The translations under genes and the position numbers were made by a program. Below are positions 1 through 10,200 of a stretch of DNA of 64,000 nucleotides, in pieces. Below the pieces are notes generated by a model that was given only the letters and a program-made list of their open reading frames with translations, was not told where the DNA came from and did no database searches. Source of the DNA: Candidatus Parcubacteria bacterium (lineage in GTDB: Bacteria > Patescibacteriota > Minisyncoccia > UBA6257 > JAGOQP01); NCBI GenBank assembly GCA_025999395.1, contig AP024682.1, positions 173,638 to 237,637 of the forward strand. Reading direction: 5' to 3'. Numbering within the stretch: the first letter of the stretch is position 1; every line of letters starts with the position of its first letter.

Positions 1-249
1 ATCTAAACCGTAAAGCAAAAGGGCGTTTACAATAACTACTCCCAGTCCTAAGGTGATAAAAATAATGGGAGAAAGGATAATTTTTAAAATGGGTTTGATA
101 AGGAGATTGGCTAAGGTAAAAATAACTGTGACTCTCAAGTAAGCTTGCCAAGTGGGTTGGATATTAAATCCGGCAATAAAGTAATCAGCGATAGCCAAAG
201 CAAGAAAGTTGGAAGCTAATAGAAAAATTGACTTAAAAAAAAGCTTCAT
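1..249 (-). CDS. partial membrane protein, DUF360 / phage-holin-4-like (C-terminus runs off window)
   Basis: minus-strand ORF with ATG at 249-247 (MKLFFKSIFLLASNFLALAIADYFIAGFNIQPTWQAYLRVTVIFTLANLLIKPILKIILSPIIFITLGLGVVIVNALLLYGLD...), all-hydrophobic multi-TM pattern; absent from ORF track because truncated by window edge. Confidence 0.4.
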   Translation of the reverse strand, partial: MKLFFKSIFLLASNFLALAIADYFIAGFNIQPTWQAYLRVTVIFTLANLLIKPILKIILSPIIFITLGLGVVIVNALLLYGLD

Positions 250-458
250 AATTTTTTGTTTTCTTCATTATAGCAGATTATTTAAAAAAACGCTCTTTTG
301 GTTATCCACAATTAATTGGACTATTTTTTGTTTTTTGGTTAAAATAAATCAAAGCATAATTTAATATGCTTCTCTCCCTTATTAATAAGGGGGGCAAAAG
401 GTCGATGAATTTTCTTCTTTTTTGTTAATTATTAATTAATTATTAAAGGTCAAAAATT

Positions 459-1142
459 ATGAGTGCTTACAATTGGGCAGATGCTTTAGCACTTCCTCTT
501 CAAAGCACTTGGCAAACAGTTATTGGCTTTTTGCCGTCTTTGATTGGAGCGTTGGTGGTTTTGATTGTTGGTCTTTTGGTGGCTTCTTTGCTAAGAGCGC
601 TCTTTGAAAAGATTATTAATCTTTTGAAAGTAGATGTGCTTTTGAAGAGATTAGGAGTGGATGCATTTTTAGAAAGAGCCGGCTATCAGCTTTCCAGCGG
701 CCGCTTTGTGGGAGGATTGGTTTATTGGTTCTTTGTGGTGGTGGTAGTTTTGGCAGTTTCTGATATTTTAGGATTGTGGGGACTTTCCACTTTCCTTAAT
801 GATGTTTTGAACTACTTCCCCAATGTGATTGCGGCGGTCTTGATTATGTTAGCTGCCTTAGTGATTGCTAATTTCTTGAGAGGATTAGTGCGAGGCTCAG
901 TAATGGGAGCTAAGCTTCATGCCTCCCGCTTTTTGGGAACCTTGACTTGGTGGGCAGTAGTGATTTTTGGATTCTTAGCGGCCTTGATTCAGTTAGGAGT
1001 AGCGGGCGCTTTGATTCAAACTATTATCACTGGCTTTATCGCAATGCTAGCTTTAGCTGGTGGTATTGCTTTTGGTTTGGGAGGTAAAGATTACGCTGCT
1101 CACTTAATTCAAAAGTTTCGAGAACATACGGAATCTCACTAA
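459..1142 (+). CDS. integral membrane protein with repeated conserved-TM-helix segments (MscS-associated TM_helix-like family)
   Basis: 227 aa, four hydrophobic helices with repeated LxxLxxAxxxFxxxL pattern; followed by strong terminator. Confidence 0.45.
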   Translation: MSAYNWADALALPLQSTWQTVIGFLPSLIGALVVLIVGLLVASLLRALFEKIINLLKVDVLLKRLGVDAFLERAGYQLSSGRFVGGLVYWFFVVVVVLAVSDILGLWGLSTFLNDVLNYFPNVIAAVLIMLAALVIANFLRGLVRGSVMGAKLHASRFLGTLTWWAVVIFGFLAALIQLGVAGALIQTIITGFIAMLALAGGIAFGLGGKDYAAHLIQKFREHTESH

Positions 1143-1161
1143 TTCTTGAAGCTTCGACAAA

Positions 1162-1195
1162 AAACAACCCCCACTTTCAGGGGGTTGTTTTTTAT
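1162..1195 (+). terminator. rho-independent terminator
   Basis: aacaaccccc-actttc-agggggttgtt hairpin followed by TTTTTTATT. Confidence 0.8.
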
Positions 1196-1210
1196 TGAGA
1201 TAATTTTTGT

Positions 1211-1239
1211 TTGACTTTTTTAATTACTTTTTCTATACT
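1211..1239 (+). promoter_or_regulatory. sigma70-like promoter for nusA (TTGACT-N17-TATACT)
   Basis: TTGACT at 1211-1216, TATACT at 1234-1239, 63 nt upstream of nusA start. Confidence 0.5.
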
Positions 1240-1302
1240 GAAAGCGGATCCGCTCTTTGAAGGCGGATCAATCTTTATTAGGGGAAATTTTAATAATTTT
1301 TT

Positions 1303-2574
1303 ATGTTTGATTTAAAAACTTTATCGAAAGCCATTGACCAATTGGCGGCTGAAAAAGGACTGGAAAGTTCTCAAATTTTGGAAGCGGTTGAGGCAGCTTT
1401 GGCTTCGGCTTATAAAAAAGAATATGGCAAAAAGGGCGAAATCATTCGCTGTCTTTTGGATCCTAAAAAAGGAACGGTTGAATTTTTTCAAGCTAAAACG
1501 GTAGTTGATAAAAACTCGGTGCGTTTTGAAACCGAATCTCAAAAAAATCCTCAGGAAACCGATTCTTTAAAGAAAGGTAATCCTCTTCCTTTATATAATC
1601 CGGATAGACATCTTCTTTTGGAGGAAGCCCTACAAATTAAACCTCAGGCGACAATCGGAGAAGAAATTCTTTTTCCTTTGCCGGCGCCGGATAGTGAATT
1701 TGGCAGAATTGCGGCTCAAACCGCTAAGCAGGTAATTTTGCAAAAAATTAGAGAGATTGAAAAGGAAACAGTAAAAAAAGAATTTGAAAATAAAATAGGG
1801 CAGTTAGTTACGGGAGTGGTTCAGCGCATTGAAAGAGGAAATGTTTTTGTTGATTTAGGAAAGGCTTCGGGAGTAATGTTTCGCTCCGAAGCTATTCCGG
1901 GAGAGCATTATCGAATTGGAGAGCGCTTGCGCTTTTATCTTTTGGATGTTCAGGAGGGAAATCGAGGTTATAATTTAATTCTTTCTCGTTCTCATCCTAA
2001 ATTTGTTTCTAAACTTTTCGAATTAGAAGTTCCCGAAATTGCTGAAGGAATTGTTCAAATTAAAGCAATTGTTCGAGAGCCGGGTAGCAGAACTAAAATT
2101 GCGGTTGCTTCTTCAGTGGAAGGAGTGGATCCGGTGGGTGCTTGCGTAGGACAAAGAGGCGCTCGAGTAATGGCGGTTAATAATGAATTAGGAACAGAAA
2201 GATTGGATATTATTGAATGGTCAGAAGATCCCGCAAAATTTATTGCCTCGGCTCTTTCTCCAGCAACGGTTTCTTCGGTTGAAATTGTTTCTCCGCGTTC
2301 TGCTTTAGTTTTGGTCCCAGAGGATCAGTTGAGTTTGGCTATTGGAAGAGGAGGGCAAAATGTTCGCTTAGCAGCGAAACTTACTGGCTGGAGAATAGAG
2401 GTTCGTTCTTTATCGCGCCCTGAAGAGGAGTTAGAAGGAGGAAAAGCAGAAGCAGAAGAACTCGATGAAGAAACAAACCAACACCAAAAAGATTTTTCGC
2501 CAATGGAAACAGAAGCAGAAGAAGATTTAGATCAAGAAATTGATTCTCTTTCAAAAGAGAGCCAATCGGAATAA
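1303..2574 (+). CDS. nusA: transcription termination/antitermination factor NusA
   Basis: N-terminal NusA domain, S1 domain (GQLVTGVVQRIERGNVFVDLG), tandem KH domains (VDPVGACVGQRGARV, LAIGRGGQNVRLAAKLTGW), acidic C-terminal tail. Confidence 0.9.
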   Translation: MFDLKTLSKAIDQLAAEKGLESSQILEAVEAALASAYKKEYGKKGEIIRCLLDPKKGTVEFFQAKTVVDKNSVRFETESQKNPQETDSLKKGNPLPLYNPDRHLLLEEALQIKPQATIGEEILFPLPAPDSEFGRIAAQTAKQVILQKIREIEKETVKKEFENKIGQLVTGVVQRIERGNVFVDLGKASGVMFRSEAIPGEHYRIGERLRFYLLDVQEGNRGYNLILSRSHPKFVSKLFELEVPEIAEGIVQIKAIVREPGSRTKIAVASSVEGVDPVGACVGQRGARVMAVNNELGTERLDIIEWSEDPAKFIASALSPATVSSVEIVSPRSALVLVPEDQLSLAIGRGGQNVRLAAKLTGWRIEVRSLSRPEEELEGGKAEAEELDEETNQHQKDFSPMETEAEEDLDQEIDSLSKESQSE

Positions 2575-2642
2575 AAAAATAAAAGAGTCAAAATTAAAAA
2601 ACAATTTTATTATCATTAATTAAAATTAAAAGTTAAGGAAAT

Positions 2643-4607
2643 ATGTTTTACTATTTTATTTTTACTCCTTTAGTCTTGGCCATTCTTTACGGTCTTTATC
2701 TAATTTTTTGGCTTAAGAAAAAACCAGTGGAAGATGAAAGAATGAAGGAAATTTCTAAAGCCATTCAGGAAGGAGCCAGCGCTTATTTAGCACGTCAATC
2801 AAGAACGGTGGCTGTAGTAGCAGCGGTTTTGGCGGTAATTATTTTCTTAGCTTTAGGTTGGAAAACTGCTCTAGGATTTCTTGTTGGAGGACTAACCTCC
2901 GCTTTGGTGGGTTATATTGGAATGAGGGTGGCGGTTAATTCTAACGCCAAAACCACTCAAGCGGCCAAAGAAGGAGTTAACTCGGCCCTTTCCTTAGCTT
3001 TTAAGGCGGGATCAGTCACCGGACTTTTGGTGGCAGCTTTGGGATTATTAATTGTTTCTCTTTTTTACTTTCTTTTCAAAGACTTGGCGGCGTTAGTGGG
3101 GCTTTCTTTTGGAGCTAGCTTGATTTCAGTATTTGCTCGTTTGGGAGGGGGAATTTATACCAAAGCGGCTGATGTGGGAACCGACTTGGTAGGTAAAGTG
3201 GAAGCTGGAATCCCCGAAGATGATCCGCGCAACCCCGGAGTGATTGCGGATAATGTAGGAGATAATGTCGGCGATTGCGCGGGAATGGCAGCTGATCTTT
3301 TCGAAACTTATGCTGTTACTTTAACAGCGGGAATGCTTTTGGGCTTAACGGCTATTGGAACCACTATCTCGGTTGTCTTTCCTTTGGTAATCGGAGGAGT
3401 TTCTTTGGTGGCTTCTATTTTAGGATTCTTTTTTGTTCGCTTGAAAAAGAATGATTTTAATATTATGAAGGCTCTTTATAAAGGGTTGGGAGCTTCTTTA
3501 ATTTTATCAGCGATTGGATTTTATTTAGTGAGTCGTCTTTTCTTTGGCGCGGGTTATCTAAAAATCTTTCTTTCTTCTTTAATTGGCTTGGCGGTAACCG
3601 CATTAATGGTAATGATTACTGATTATTTTACCGCCAAAAAATATCGTCCTGTTCAATCGATTGCTCAAGCTTCTTCTTCGGGGCATGGGACTAACATTAT
3701 TATGGGAATAGCGGTTGGATTTCAGTCAACAATTTTGCCGGTAATTGTAATTTGTTTGGCTATTTGGGCAGCTTATTCTCTGGAAGGTCTTTACGGAGTA
3801 GCTATTGCTTCAACAGCGATGCTTTCGGTGGCTGGAATTGTTGTTTCGATTGATTCCTTTGGTCCAATTACTGATAACGCTGGAGGAATTGCGGAAATGA
3901 CTCAGCAATCAGAGGAAATTAGAAAAGTTACCGATGCTTTGGATGCGGTAGGAAATACTACTAAAGCCGTTACTAAAGGGTATGCTATTGGTTCGGCGGG
4001 ATTGGCGGCTTTGGTTCTTTTCTCAAGCTATGTAGAAGAAATCAAGGGAATTAGTTTTGATTTGAGCAATCCTTTGGTTTTAGTCGGCTTACTTTTGGGA
4101 GCGGCAGTTCCTTATTTGTTTGGTGGAATTACTTTAAAATCAGTAGGAAGAGCAGCGGGAGCGGTAGTAGAAGAAATTCGTCGTCAGTTTAGGGAAATTC
4201 CCGGTCTTCTTGAAGGAAAAGCCAAACCTCAATATGGTCAAGCGGTAGACATTGTCACTAAAGCGGCTTTAAAGGAAATGATCCTTCCTTCTTTAATTCC
4301 GGTAATAACTACTTTGCTGGTGGGTTTTGTTTTGGGAGCAACAGCTTTGGGAGGATTTTTGATGGGAGTAATTATTTCTGGCTTGTTTATGGCATTATCA
4401 ATGACTACCGGAGGAGCAGCTTGGGATAATGCCAAGAAGTTTATTGAAGAGGGAAATTTTGGAGGAAAGGGTTCGGAAGCTCATAAAGCAGCGGTAACTG
4501 GTGATACCGTTGGCGATCCTTACAAAGACACCACTGGTCCCGCTATTAATCCTCTTATTAAGGTAATCAACATTATCGCTCTTTTGATTGTTAAGTTCTT
4601 AAGGTAA
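2643..4607 (+). CDS. hppA: membrane-bound proton/sodium-translocating pyrophosphatase (V-type H+-PPase)
   Basis: 654 aa polytopic; signature motifs [18 protein letters not shown] and [22 protein letters not shown]. Confidence 0.9.
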   Translation: MFYYFIFTPLVLAILYGLYLIFWLKKKPVEDERMKEISKAIQEGASAYLARQSRTVAVVAAVLAVIIFLALGWKTALGFLVGGLTSALVGYIGMRVAVNSNAKTTQAAKEGVNSALSLAFKAGSVTGLLVAALGLLIVSLFYFLFKDLAALVGLSFGASLISVFARLGGGIYTKAADVGTDLVGKVEAGIPEDDPRNPGVIADNVGDNVGDCAGMAADLFETYAVTLTAGMLLGLTAIGTTISVVFPLVIGGVSLVASILGFFFVRLKKNDFNIMKALYKGLGASLILSAIGFYLVSRLFFGAGYLKIFLSSLIGLAVTALMVMITDYFTAKKYRPVQSIAQASSSGHGTNIIMGIAVGFQSTILPVIVICLAIWAAYSLEGLYGVAIASTAMLSVAGIVVSIDSFGPITDNAGGIAEMTQQSEEIRKVTDALDAVGNTTKAVTKGYAIGSAGLAALVLFSSYVEEIKGISFDLSNPLVLVGLLLGAAVPYLFGGITLKSVGRAAGAVVEEIRRQFREIPGLLEGKAKPQYGQAVDIVTKAALKEMILPSLIPVITTLLVGFVLGATALGGFLMGVIISGLFMALSMTTGGAAWDNAKKFIEEGNFGGKGSEAHKAAVTGDTVGDPYKDTTGPAINPLIKVINIIALLIVKFLR

Positions 4608-4633
4608 TTTTGGAAATATTGCTTAATTTGTTT

Positions 4634-4693
4634 TGTAAAAACTTGTTTTTACAAGAGTTTCTCTTTGTTTTGCTTTGAGGGAAGTGTTATAAT
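4634..4693 (+). promoter_or_regulatory. perfect palindrome TGTAAAAAC-TT-GTTTTTACA (4634-4653) followed by TTGTTT-N17-TATAAT promoter upstream of clpP
   Basis: 9-bp inverted repeat with 2-nt spacer immediately upstream of -35 (4665-4670) and -10 (4688-4693); candidate repressor operator of the clpP operon. Confidence 0.4.
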
Positions 4694-4707
4694 TAAAAAA
4701 CAAAAAT

Positions 4708-5355
4708 ATGTCTCGAACAAAAAAGAAAGCTACTAATTTTGATGTGGAAGAAGACTACACTAGCCAGCTTATTCCGATGGTAGTGGAAAAATCTCCCTAC
4801 GGAGAAAGGGCTTACGATATTTATTCCCGTCTTCTTAAGGAAAGAATAATTTTTCTTGGCGGTCCGATTACTGATGCCTTGGCTAACTCAGTGATTGCTC
4901 AACTTTTGCTTTTAAATCACGAAGATTCCAAAAAAGACATTTTGATCTACATTAATAGCCCCGGAGGATCAGTGACTGCTGGGTTAGCTATTTATGACAC
5001 CATGCAACATGTTAAGCCCGATGTTTCTACAATTTGTGTAGGAATGGCGGCTTCGATGGCGGCGGTACTTTTGGCAGCAGGGAAAAAAGGAAAAAGATTT
5101 GCCTTGCCAAATTCAGAGATTTTACTTCATCAAGTAATGGGAGGTGCCGAAGGACAAGCAACCGAAATAGAAATCACCGCCAAGCAAATTATAAAAATCA
5201 AGGAAAAAATTAATCAGATTTTAGCTAAACACACTGGCCAATCGGTAAGTAAAATAGAAAAGGATACTGATCGGGATTTTTACTTGAGTGCTTCGGAGGC
5301 GAAAGACTACGGAATTATCGACGAGATTATTAAACCCGCTAAAGGAGGAAAATAA
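4708..5355 (+). CDS. clpP: ATP-dependent Clp protease proteolytic subunit ClpP
   Basis: [31 protein letters not shown] (Ser), HQVMGG (His) catalytic-triad context typical of ClpP. Confidence 0.9.
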   Translation: MSRTKKKATNFDVEEDYTSQLIPMVVEKSPYGERAYDIYSRLLKERIIFLGGPITDALANSVIAQLLLLNHEDSKKDILIYINSPGGSVTAGLAIYDTMQHVKPDVSTICVGMAASMAAVLLAAGKKGKRFALPNSEILLHQVMGGAEGQATEIEITAKQIIKIKEKINQILAKHTGQSVSKIEKDTDRDFYLSASEAKDYGIIDEIIKPAKGGK

Positions 5356-5367
5356 AATCTTTATTTT

Positions 5368-6393
5368 ATGGCGCGCGTAGGTTTGTTTCAAATAAAAGGC
5401 TGGGAAGCGGATTATCTAAAATCCAAGTTAGAAGCCGCTGGTTTTGAGGTAGATATTTTTGAAACAGAAGTTGAAAAATCAGAAATTTCTGATTTTTCAA
5501 AATATCAAGCCATTTCAGTTTTTGTTGGCTCTTCAATTAACAAAGAAGTCATTGATAAATTCTCTAATTTAAAACTTATCACTACTCGCTCTACTGGTTT
5601 TGATCATATTGATCTAAATTACGCTCGTTCAAAAAATATTGCTTTAGGTTATGTGCCAAACTACGGCGAAAACACGGTGGCAGAATTTGCGATGGGCTTA
5701 ATTTTAACTCTTTCTCGCAAGCTTTATTTAGGAATTGACAGAATTAAAGAAGGAGGCGAATTTTCTTTTGAGGGCTTGGAAGGTTTTGATTTGAAAGGGA
5801 AAACTTTGGGGGTGGTGGGAGCCGGAAGAATTGGCCGCCATGTAATTAAAATGGCTAAAGGGTTTGATATGAGAGTGATTGCTTATGATCGCAATCCCAA
5901 GCCGGAATTAGCTCAAGAGTTAGGTTTTGAGTATGTTTCCTATGATGATTTGTTGAAGGAGTCTGATATTATTACTTTCCATGTTTTTTATGCTCCCGAG
6001 ACTCATCATATGTTTAATAAAAATTGTTTAGAAAAAGTGAAAAAAGGAGTGATTATCATTAATACTGCTCGGGGACCAGTGATTGAAACAGAAGCTTTGG
6101 TTTTGGGGCTTCAAAAAGGAATTATTGGCGGAGCGGGGTTAGATGTTTTGGAAGAGGAAGGAGTTCTTAAAGATGAGCAAGGATTTTGGATGAGAAGTTT
6201 AGAAGAAGAGTCTTTAAAAACCAATTTAAGGGTGCTTTTGGAAAATCATTTACTTTTCCGAATGCCTAATGTAGTAGTAACTCCTCACAACGCCTTCAAT
6301 ACTCGCGAAGCCAAAATGAGAATTTTGGATACTGATTTTGCCAACATTTCTTCATTTTTTGAGAAAGGAATGGTTCAATTTCCTATTCCTTAA
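5368..6393 (+). CDS. D-isomer-specific 2-hydroxyacid dehydrogenase (D-lactate/glycerate dehydrogenase family)
   Basis: NAD-binding GVVGAGRIGRHVIKMAKGFDMRVIAYD, catalytic R/E/H region (TARGPVIETEAL ... VVTPHNAF). Confidence 0.8.
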   Translation: MARVGLFQIKGWEADYLKSKLEAAGFEVDIFETEVEKSEISDFSKYQAISVFVGSSINKEVIDKFSNLKLITTRSTGFDHIDLNYARSKNIALGYVPNYGENTVAEFAMGLILTLSRKLYLGIDRIKEGGEFSFEGLEGFDLKGKTLGVVGAGRIGRHVIKMAKGFDMRVIAYDRNPKPELAQELGFEYVSYDDLLKESDIITFHVFYAPETHHMFNKNCLEKVKKGVIIINTARGPVIETEALVLGLQKGIIGGAGLDVLEEEGVLKDEQGFWMRSLEEESLKTNLRVLLENHLLFRMPNVVVTPHNAFNTREAKMRILDTDFANISSFFEKGMVQFPIP

Positions 6394-6473
6394 TACGAAA
6401 TAGTTTTTTCTTTTTCTACTCTACGTTTTGTTTTTCTGAATTTTTCTGCTATAGCAAAAAAATTAAGGGATGG

Positions 6474-6989
6474 TTATTTTATTTTCTTTTTTGGTTTTTG
6501 GCGGTGTTGTTTTTTTATTATTTTTAATAATTCAAAAACAACAATTCCAAAAGCAACCGCTACATTAAGCGATTCTTTTTTGCCATACATAGGAATTTCA
6601 ATAATTTTATCAGCCATTTTTAAAATTGATGGCGATACCCCCTTTACTTCATTGCCAACAATTAGAGCGATTTTTTGCTGACGATTTTTGATTTTTAATT
6701 TATCGTAAGGGATAGATTTTTTTGATTGTTCGATGGCGTAGATTTTAAAGCCTTCTTTTTTTAGTTTTTTTATTAAATGAGTGGCCGATTTTTGATATTC
6801 CCAAGGAATATATTTTTCTGCTCCTAAAGCCACCTTGGTAATTTGGGATCGATAAAAGCCGTATTTATCTTGAGGGGTAGGGGTAATCCCGCAAAGATAA
6901 ATTTTTTCTACGCCAGCGGCATCAGCGGTTCTAAAAATTGAGCCGACATTATATAAGCTGCGAATGTTGTAAAGGATAGCGACGATCAT
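6474..6989 (-). CDS. SpoU/TrmH-family RNA 2'-O-methyltransferase
   Basis: SPOUT motifs: YNVGSIFRTADAAGV, ALIVGNEVKGVS, ESLNVAVAFGIVVFEL. Confidence 0.75.
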   Translation of the reverse strand: MIVAILYNIRSLYNVGSIFRTADAAGVEKIYLCGITPTPQDKYGFYRSQITKVALGAEKYIPWEYQKSATHLIKKLKKEGFKIYAIEQSKKSIPYDKLKIKNRQQKIALIVGNEVKGVSPSILKMADKIIEIPMYGKKESLNVAVAFGIVVFELLKIIKKQHRQKPKKKIK

Positions 6990-7057
6990 TGTTTTTAGTA
7001 TATAAAAAAGGAAGGGTTTTTAATAGATTGGTTTAATCGGTTAAAACTTTATTTTGT

Positions 7058-7086
7058 TTGACATTTTATCTTATTGTTGGTATTAG
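7058..7086 (+). promoter_or_regulatory. sigma70-like promoter TTGACA-N17-TATTAG
   Basis: TTGACA 7058-7063, -10 TATTAG 7081-7086, 22 nt upstream of RBS AAAGGAGG (7096-7103). Confidence 0.5.
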
Positions 7087-7107
7087 TTACTGAAGAAAGG
7101 AGGAGCG

Positions 7108-7272
7108 ATGAAAACCTTGTACTTTCTCGGTGTTTTTTTTCTTCTCCTTCTCTTCGTGCCGAAGAGAAGGAGAAATTTTCCCCTTTGCCCCCTCTGCGGG
7201 GGCGTGGGGAATCCGGAAAGTCCCTGCCCGCTTTGCGGGCAGGAGATCGAAGATCTTTGCTGGGGGGAGTGA
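7108..7272 (+). CDS. small (54 aa) signal-peptide/membrane-anchored Cys-rich peptide with duplicated CPLCG motif (not in ORF track)
   Basis: ATG 7108 preceded by AAAGGAGG; translates MKTLYFLGVFFLLLLFVPKRRRNFPLCPLCGGVGNPESPCPLCGQEIEDLCWGE, stop TGA 7270; own promoter and terminator; GC-rich relative to surroundings. Confidence 0.5.
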   Translation: MKTLYFLGVFFLLLLFVPKRRRNFPLCPLCGGVGNPESPCPLCGQEIEDLCWGE

Positions 7273-7290
7273 TCCCCCCATTTTTTTATT
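7261..7290 (+). terminator. rho-independent terminator (tggggggag-tga-tcccccca + T7)
   Basis: GC hairpin followed by TTTTTTT; overlaps stop of small ORF and 3' end of convergent nuclease gene. Confidence 0.7.
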
Positions 7291-10200
7291 ACTGAGCGAT
7301 AATTCCTTTAATCTCAAAGTAAATATCCTTTAGAAAAGGTTGATCATTAAACCAACTAAGGTATTGAATCCAAGAATTATTTAAGCGAGAAAACAAATAA
7401 ACGCCTTCTTCTGGATAAGCTTCTTGATTATTAATTAGAGTAATTAAGTATTGATTAGAAGCTTCTTCTGCTCCTTGAGTCTCCATAACCAAAAAGTATC
7501 TTCCCGGATTAATTTGCAGAGGATTAGGTAATATTATTTTTTGGAATTTGGGCTCTCCCTGCCAGCGACTAATATTTTCTAAAACTATCTCTGTTAGTTT
7601 ATTTCCTGAAGGCAGATGATTATCATCTTCTGTTTGAATAGAGATTTTGGCTTGGATAGGAGGATTTTCTTGAAAACTTCCCAAAGAAAGATTTATTTCT
7701 TTAATCAAGGAAGGATTTTTGACATAAAAGCTTTGAGCAACTTTGGCTTCCGAAACAGGGCTTTCACTGCCACCAGTTTTAAAACCAAGATTTCCCCTCA
7801 TTGATTGAAGAGGAGCTTGAGCAATGATTTCCAAAGGCTCAATGCTTAAAGAAAGCACTGCTGGCTCTGAAGCTAACTCTATCTCGTCTTGAGCTCTCAG
7901 GTAAAAAAGATATTCTCCTTTTTCCAGGGGTCCAATTTTTGGCTCAATTTGAGTTGTTATTAAATTTCCATTTTCAATAGTTTGGCCAAAGGCTTTTTGA
8001 GCAATTTGCCAACGACTGTTATCTAACGGTTCTCCTTTTTTGTGATAATTAAATTGATAGGTAATTTTTTCATCTAAACTATCAGGGTCAGTTGAATTAT
8101 CCCAGCTTAGAAGAACAAAGTTATCATTTTCGCCGTTGGTTTTTTGAGCTTGAAAATTAGCAGGGATAGACGGGGGTTGGTGTAAAGGAAATTCTTTATT
8201 AAAAAAGAAGTTTCTTTTATCGGCGGCAATTAATTTGTAAGTAGTTTCTCCTAAACCACTTAGATTTTCTACGGCGTAATATCCTATTGAGACAAAATCT
8301 TTTTCGGTTAATTCTTTTTCTTGGCTGGAAAAATCAGCTATGGGAAGGATTATATTTTTATCTTCAATTTGGTTGAGATTTAAGGAGAGAGAATACGGTC
8401 CTTCTTGAAGGCGACAGTGAGTGTTGTCATCTGCCAAAAAAAGCGCCTCGTGTTTTGTAGGTAAATTATTTCCAGCGCAAGGAAGATAGTTAAGCGAAAG
8501 AGCCTTTTCACTAATTCCCTGAGTTTTGTTGTCGAAAGAATTAGTAAATCTGATTTCTTTAAGAGGAGGGCTATTTAGATAAAAGACAACCGCCTTCCAG
8601 CCATCAATAGTGGGCTTAGGATAAACCGAGGGAATGAAAGGGTAATCTTCAAAATTAATCTCAATTAAATATTGATCTTCGAGAGGATGTTTAAAAAAGG
8701 AAAGATTTTTTATAAATCCGGGAACAAAAATTTTAGCTTCAGCAACTAAAGAAGGCATCTTATCCTTATCAAAAGCTCTTACAAAAAGTGAGTATTCTTT
8801 TTCTACTTCATCAATAAAGACTTGCTGTTTGGTTTCTGAGGTTTGAATTGGATCGGATTGAGAGATCTCTGGAGAGGTGATTTGATAGGAAATTTCTTGA
8901 GAGTTTCCTAAAAAATCTTTTGAAGCCTCCCAGCTTAAATTTAGGGAGAGGCTTTCTTTATCGAAATTTACAACCAAATTTTGAGGAACGGAAGGAGCTT
9001 GGCGAGGCTCGGGAAGGTTGGAGGTATTTTGCGGTAAGGCTTGGGTTCGAATATAAAAATCTTTAGAAGAATTATCGGTGTCGCAGTTATTTCCTCCGAA
9101 CTCTCCTTCTTCTTGAGCAAACAAACACCGGCCTTGAAGAACTACTTTTCTTTCAAAGCTTTGGTTACTTTCGGTTAATGAGGAAAAAGAATTTTCTCCG
9201 ATTATCGGGCTTCCATAAAAGAAGGCATCTTCAATATTTGGATCGTTAATACTGGTGATTTTTTCTTTAGATTTAACAAGAAAAATTCCTCCCCCCTTAG
9301 AAGTGCCGGAGAGTGAAAAGCTAAAGGTTAAATCAGCTTGAGATGCAAATTTAGATTGGGAGTTGGCTAAAAGAAAAAACCCCAAAGGGGAAATTTGATA
9401 ATTATCTTCAAAATTTTTCTTGGAAATATTTTCAAAAGTCATCGCTTGTCCACTTAAATATTGAATTGAGTATCCTGCCAAAGAAATAGTTTCAGAAGTT
9501 GGATTATAGATTTCTATAAATTCGTCTTCTGGATTTTCTCCCCTAACTTGAATCTCGCTAATAACCAAATGATTTGCTGGGACAACTGGATTAACTTGAT
9601 TGATTTCTTTTTGGTTTGGTTGGCCTGGGGTAGGGTTAGCTTCTTGCCAGACCCCTTCAATTTTTTGAAGAGATTTACCGTTACCGTTTGCACCTGTATT
9701 CGATGAGTATTGATATTGATCAATAATGTTTTCTTGGTAGGTTATTCTAATTATCTCCCCATCGTTACCCAGAGAAAAAGAGCTGTCAAAAAGATTTCCG
9801 TTGAAGTTAGGAAAATCTTCGAGAAATTTTTGAGGATTATCGGCAATTACAGCATATTGACCGGGAATTAAATTCTCTAACCCTTGGGAAAATTCTATTC
9901 GGTGATTGGTATCGTTTTCATTTAATTTAAGATCAGTAACTTTGACTGTTTCTGAACCGGCGTTGTAGATTTCTATCCATTCTCTATCAGTATCTGAACC
10001 ACTGGGGTTATACATTATTTCATTTATCAAGATATCTCGAATTGTTTGAGTTTGATTGCTTTCTGATTGTTGGCTTGATCCTCCACCTCGAATTACTTCT
10101 TGTTGGTAAGGGGATGAATTTTCTTGTCGAGGAGTACCTCCAACAACACTTGAGGTGTGCCAAGCTAAATTGCTTTGATTTCTTTCCATTGTTCTTTTAG

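Noticed and set aside
1321-1542. Minus-strand 73-aa ORF inside nusA
   Set aside because: Antisense to a confidently identified gene; no signals.
7205-7232. GGAAAGTCC 9-mer resembling the RNase P RNA CR-I motif
   Set aside because: Only a 9-nt match (expected by chance in 64 kb), no ACAGAA.CCGGCUUA partner motif, region too short (about 200 nt), and it lies inside a well-formed small ORF.
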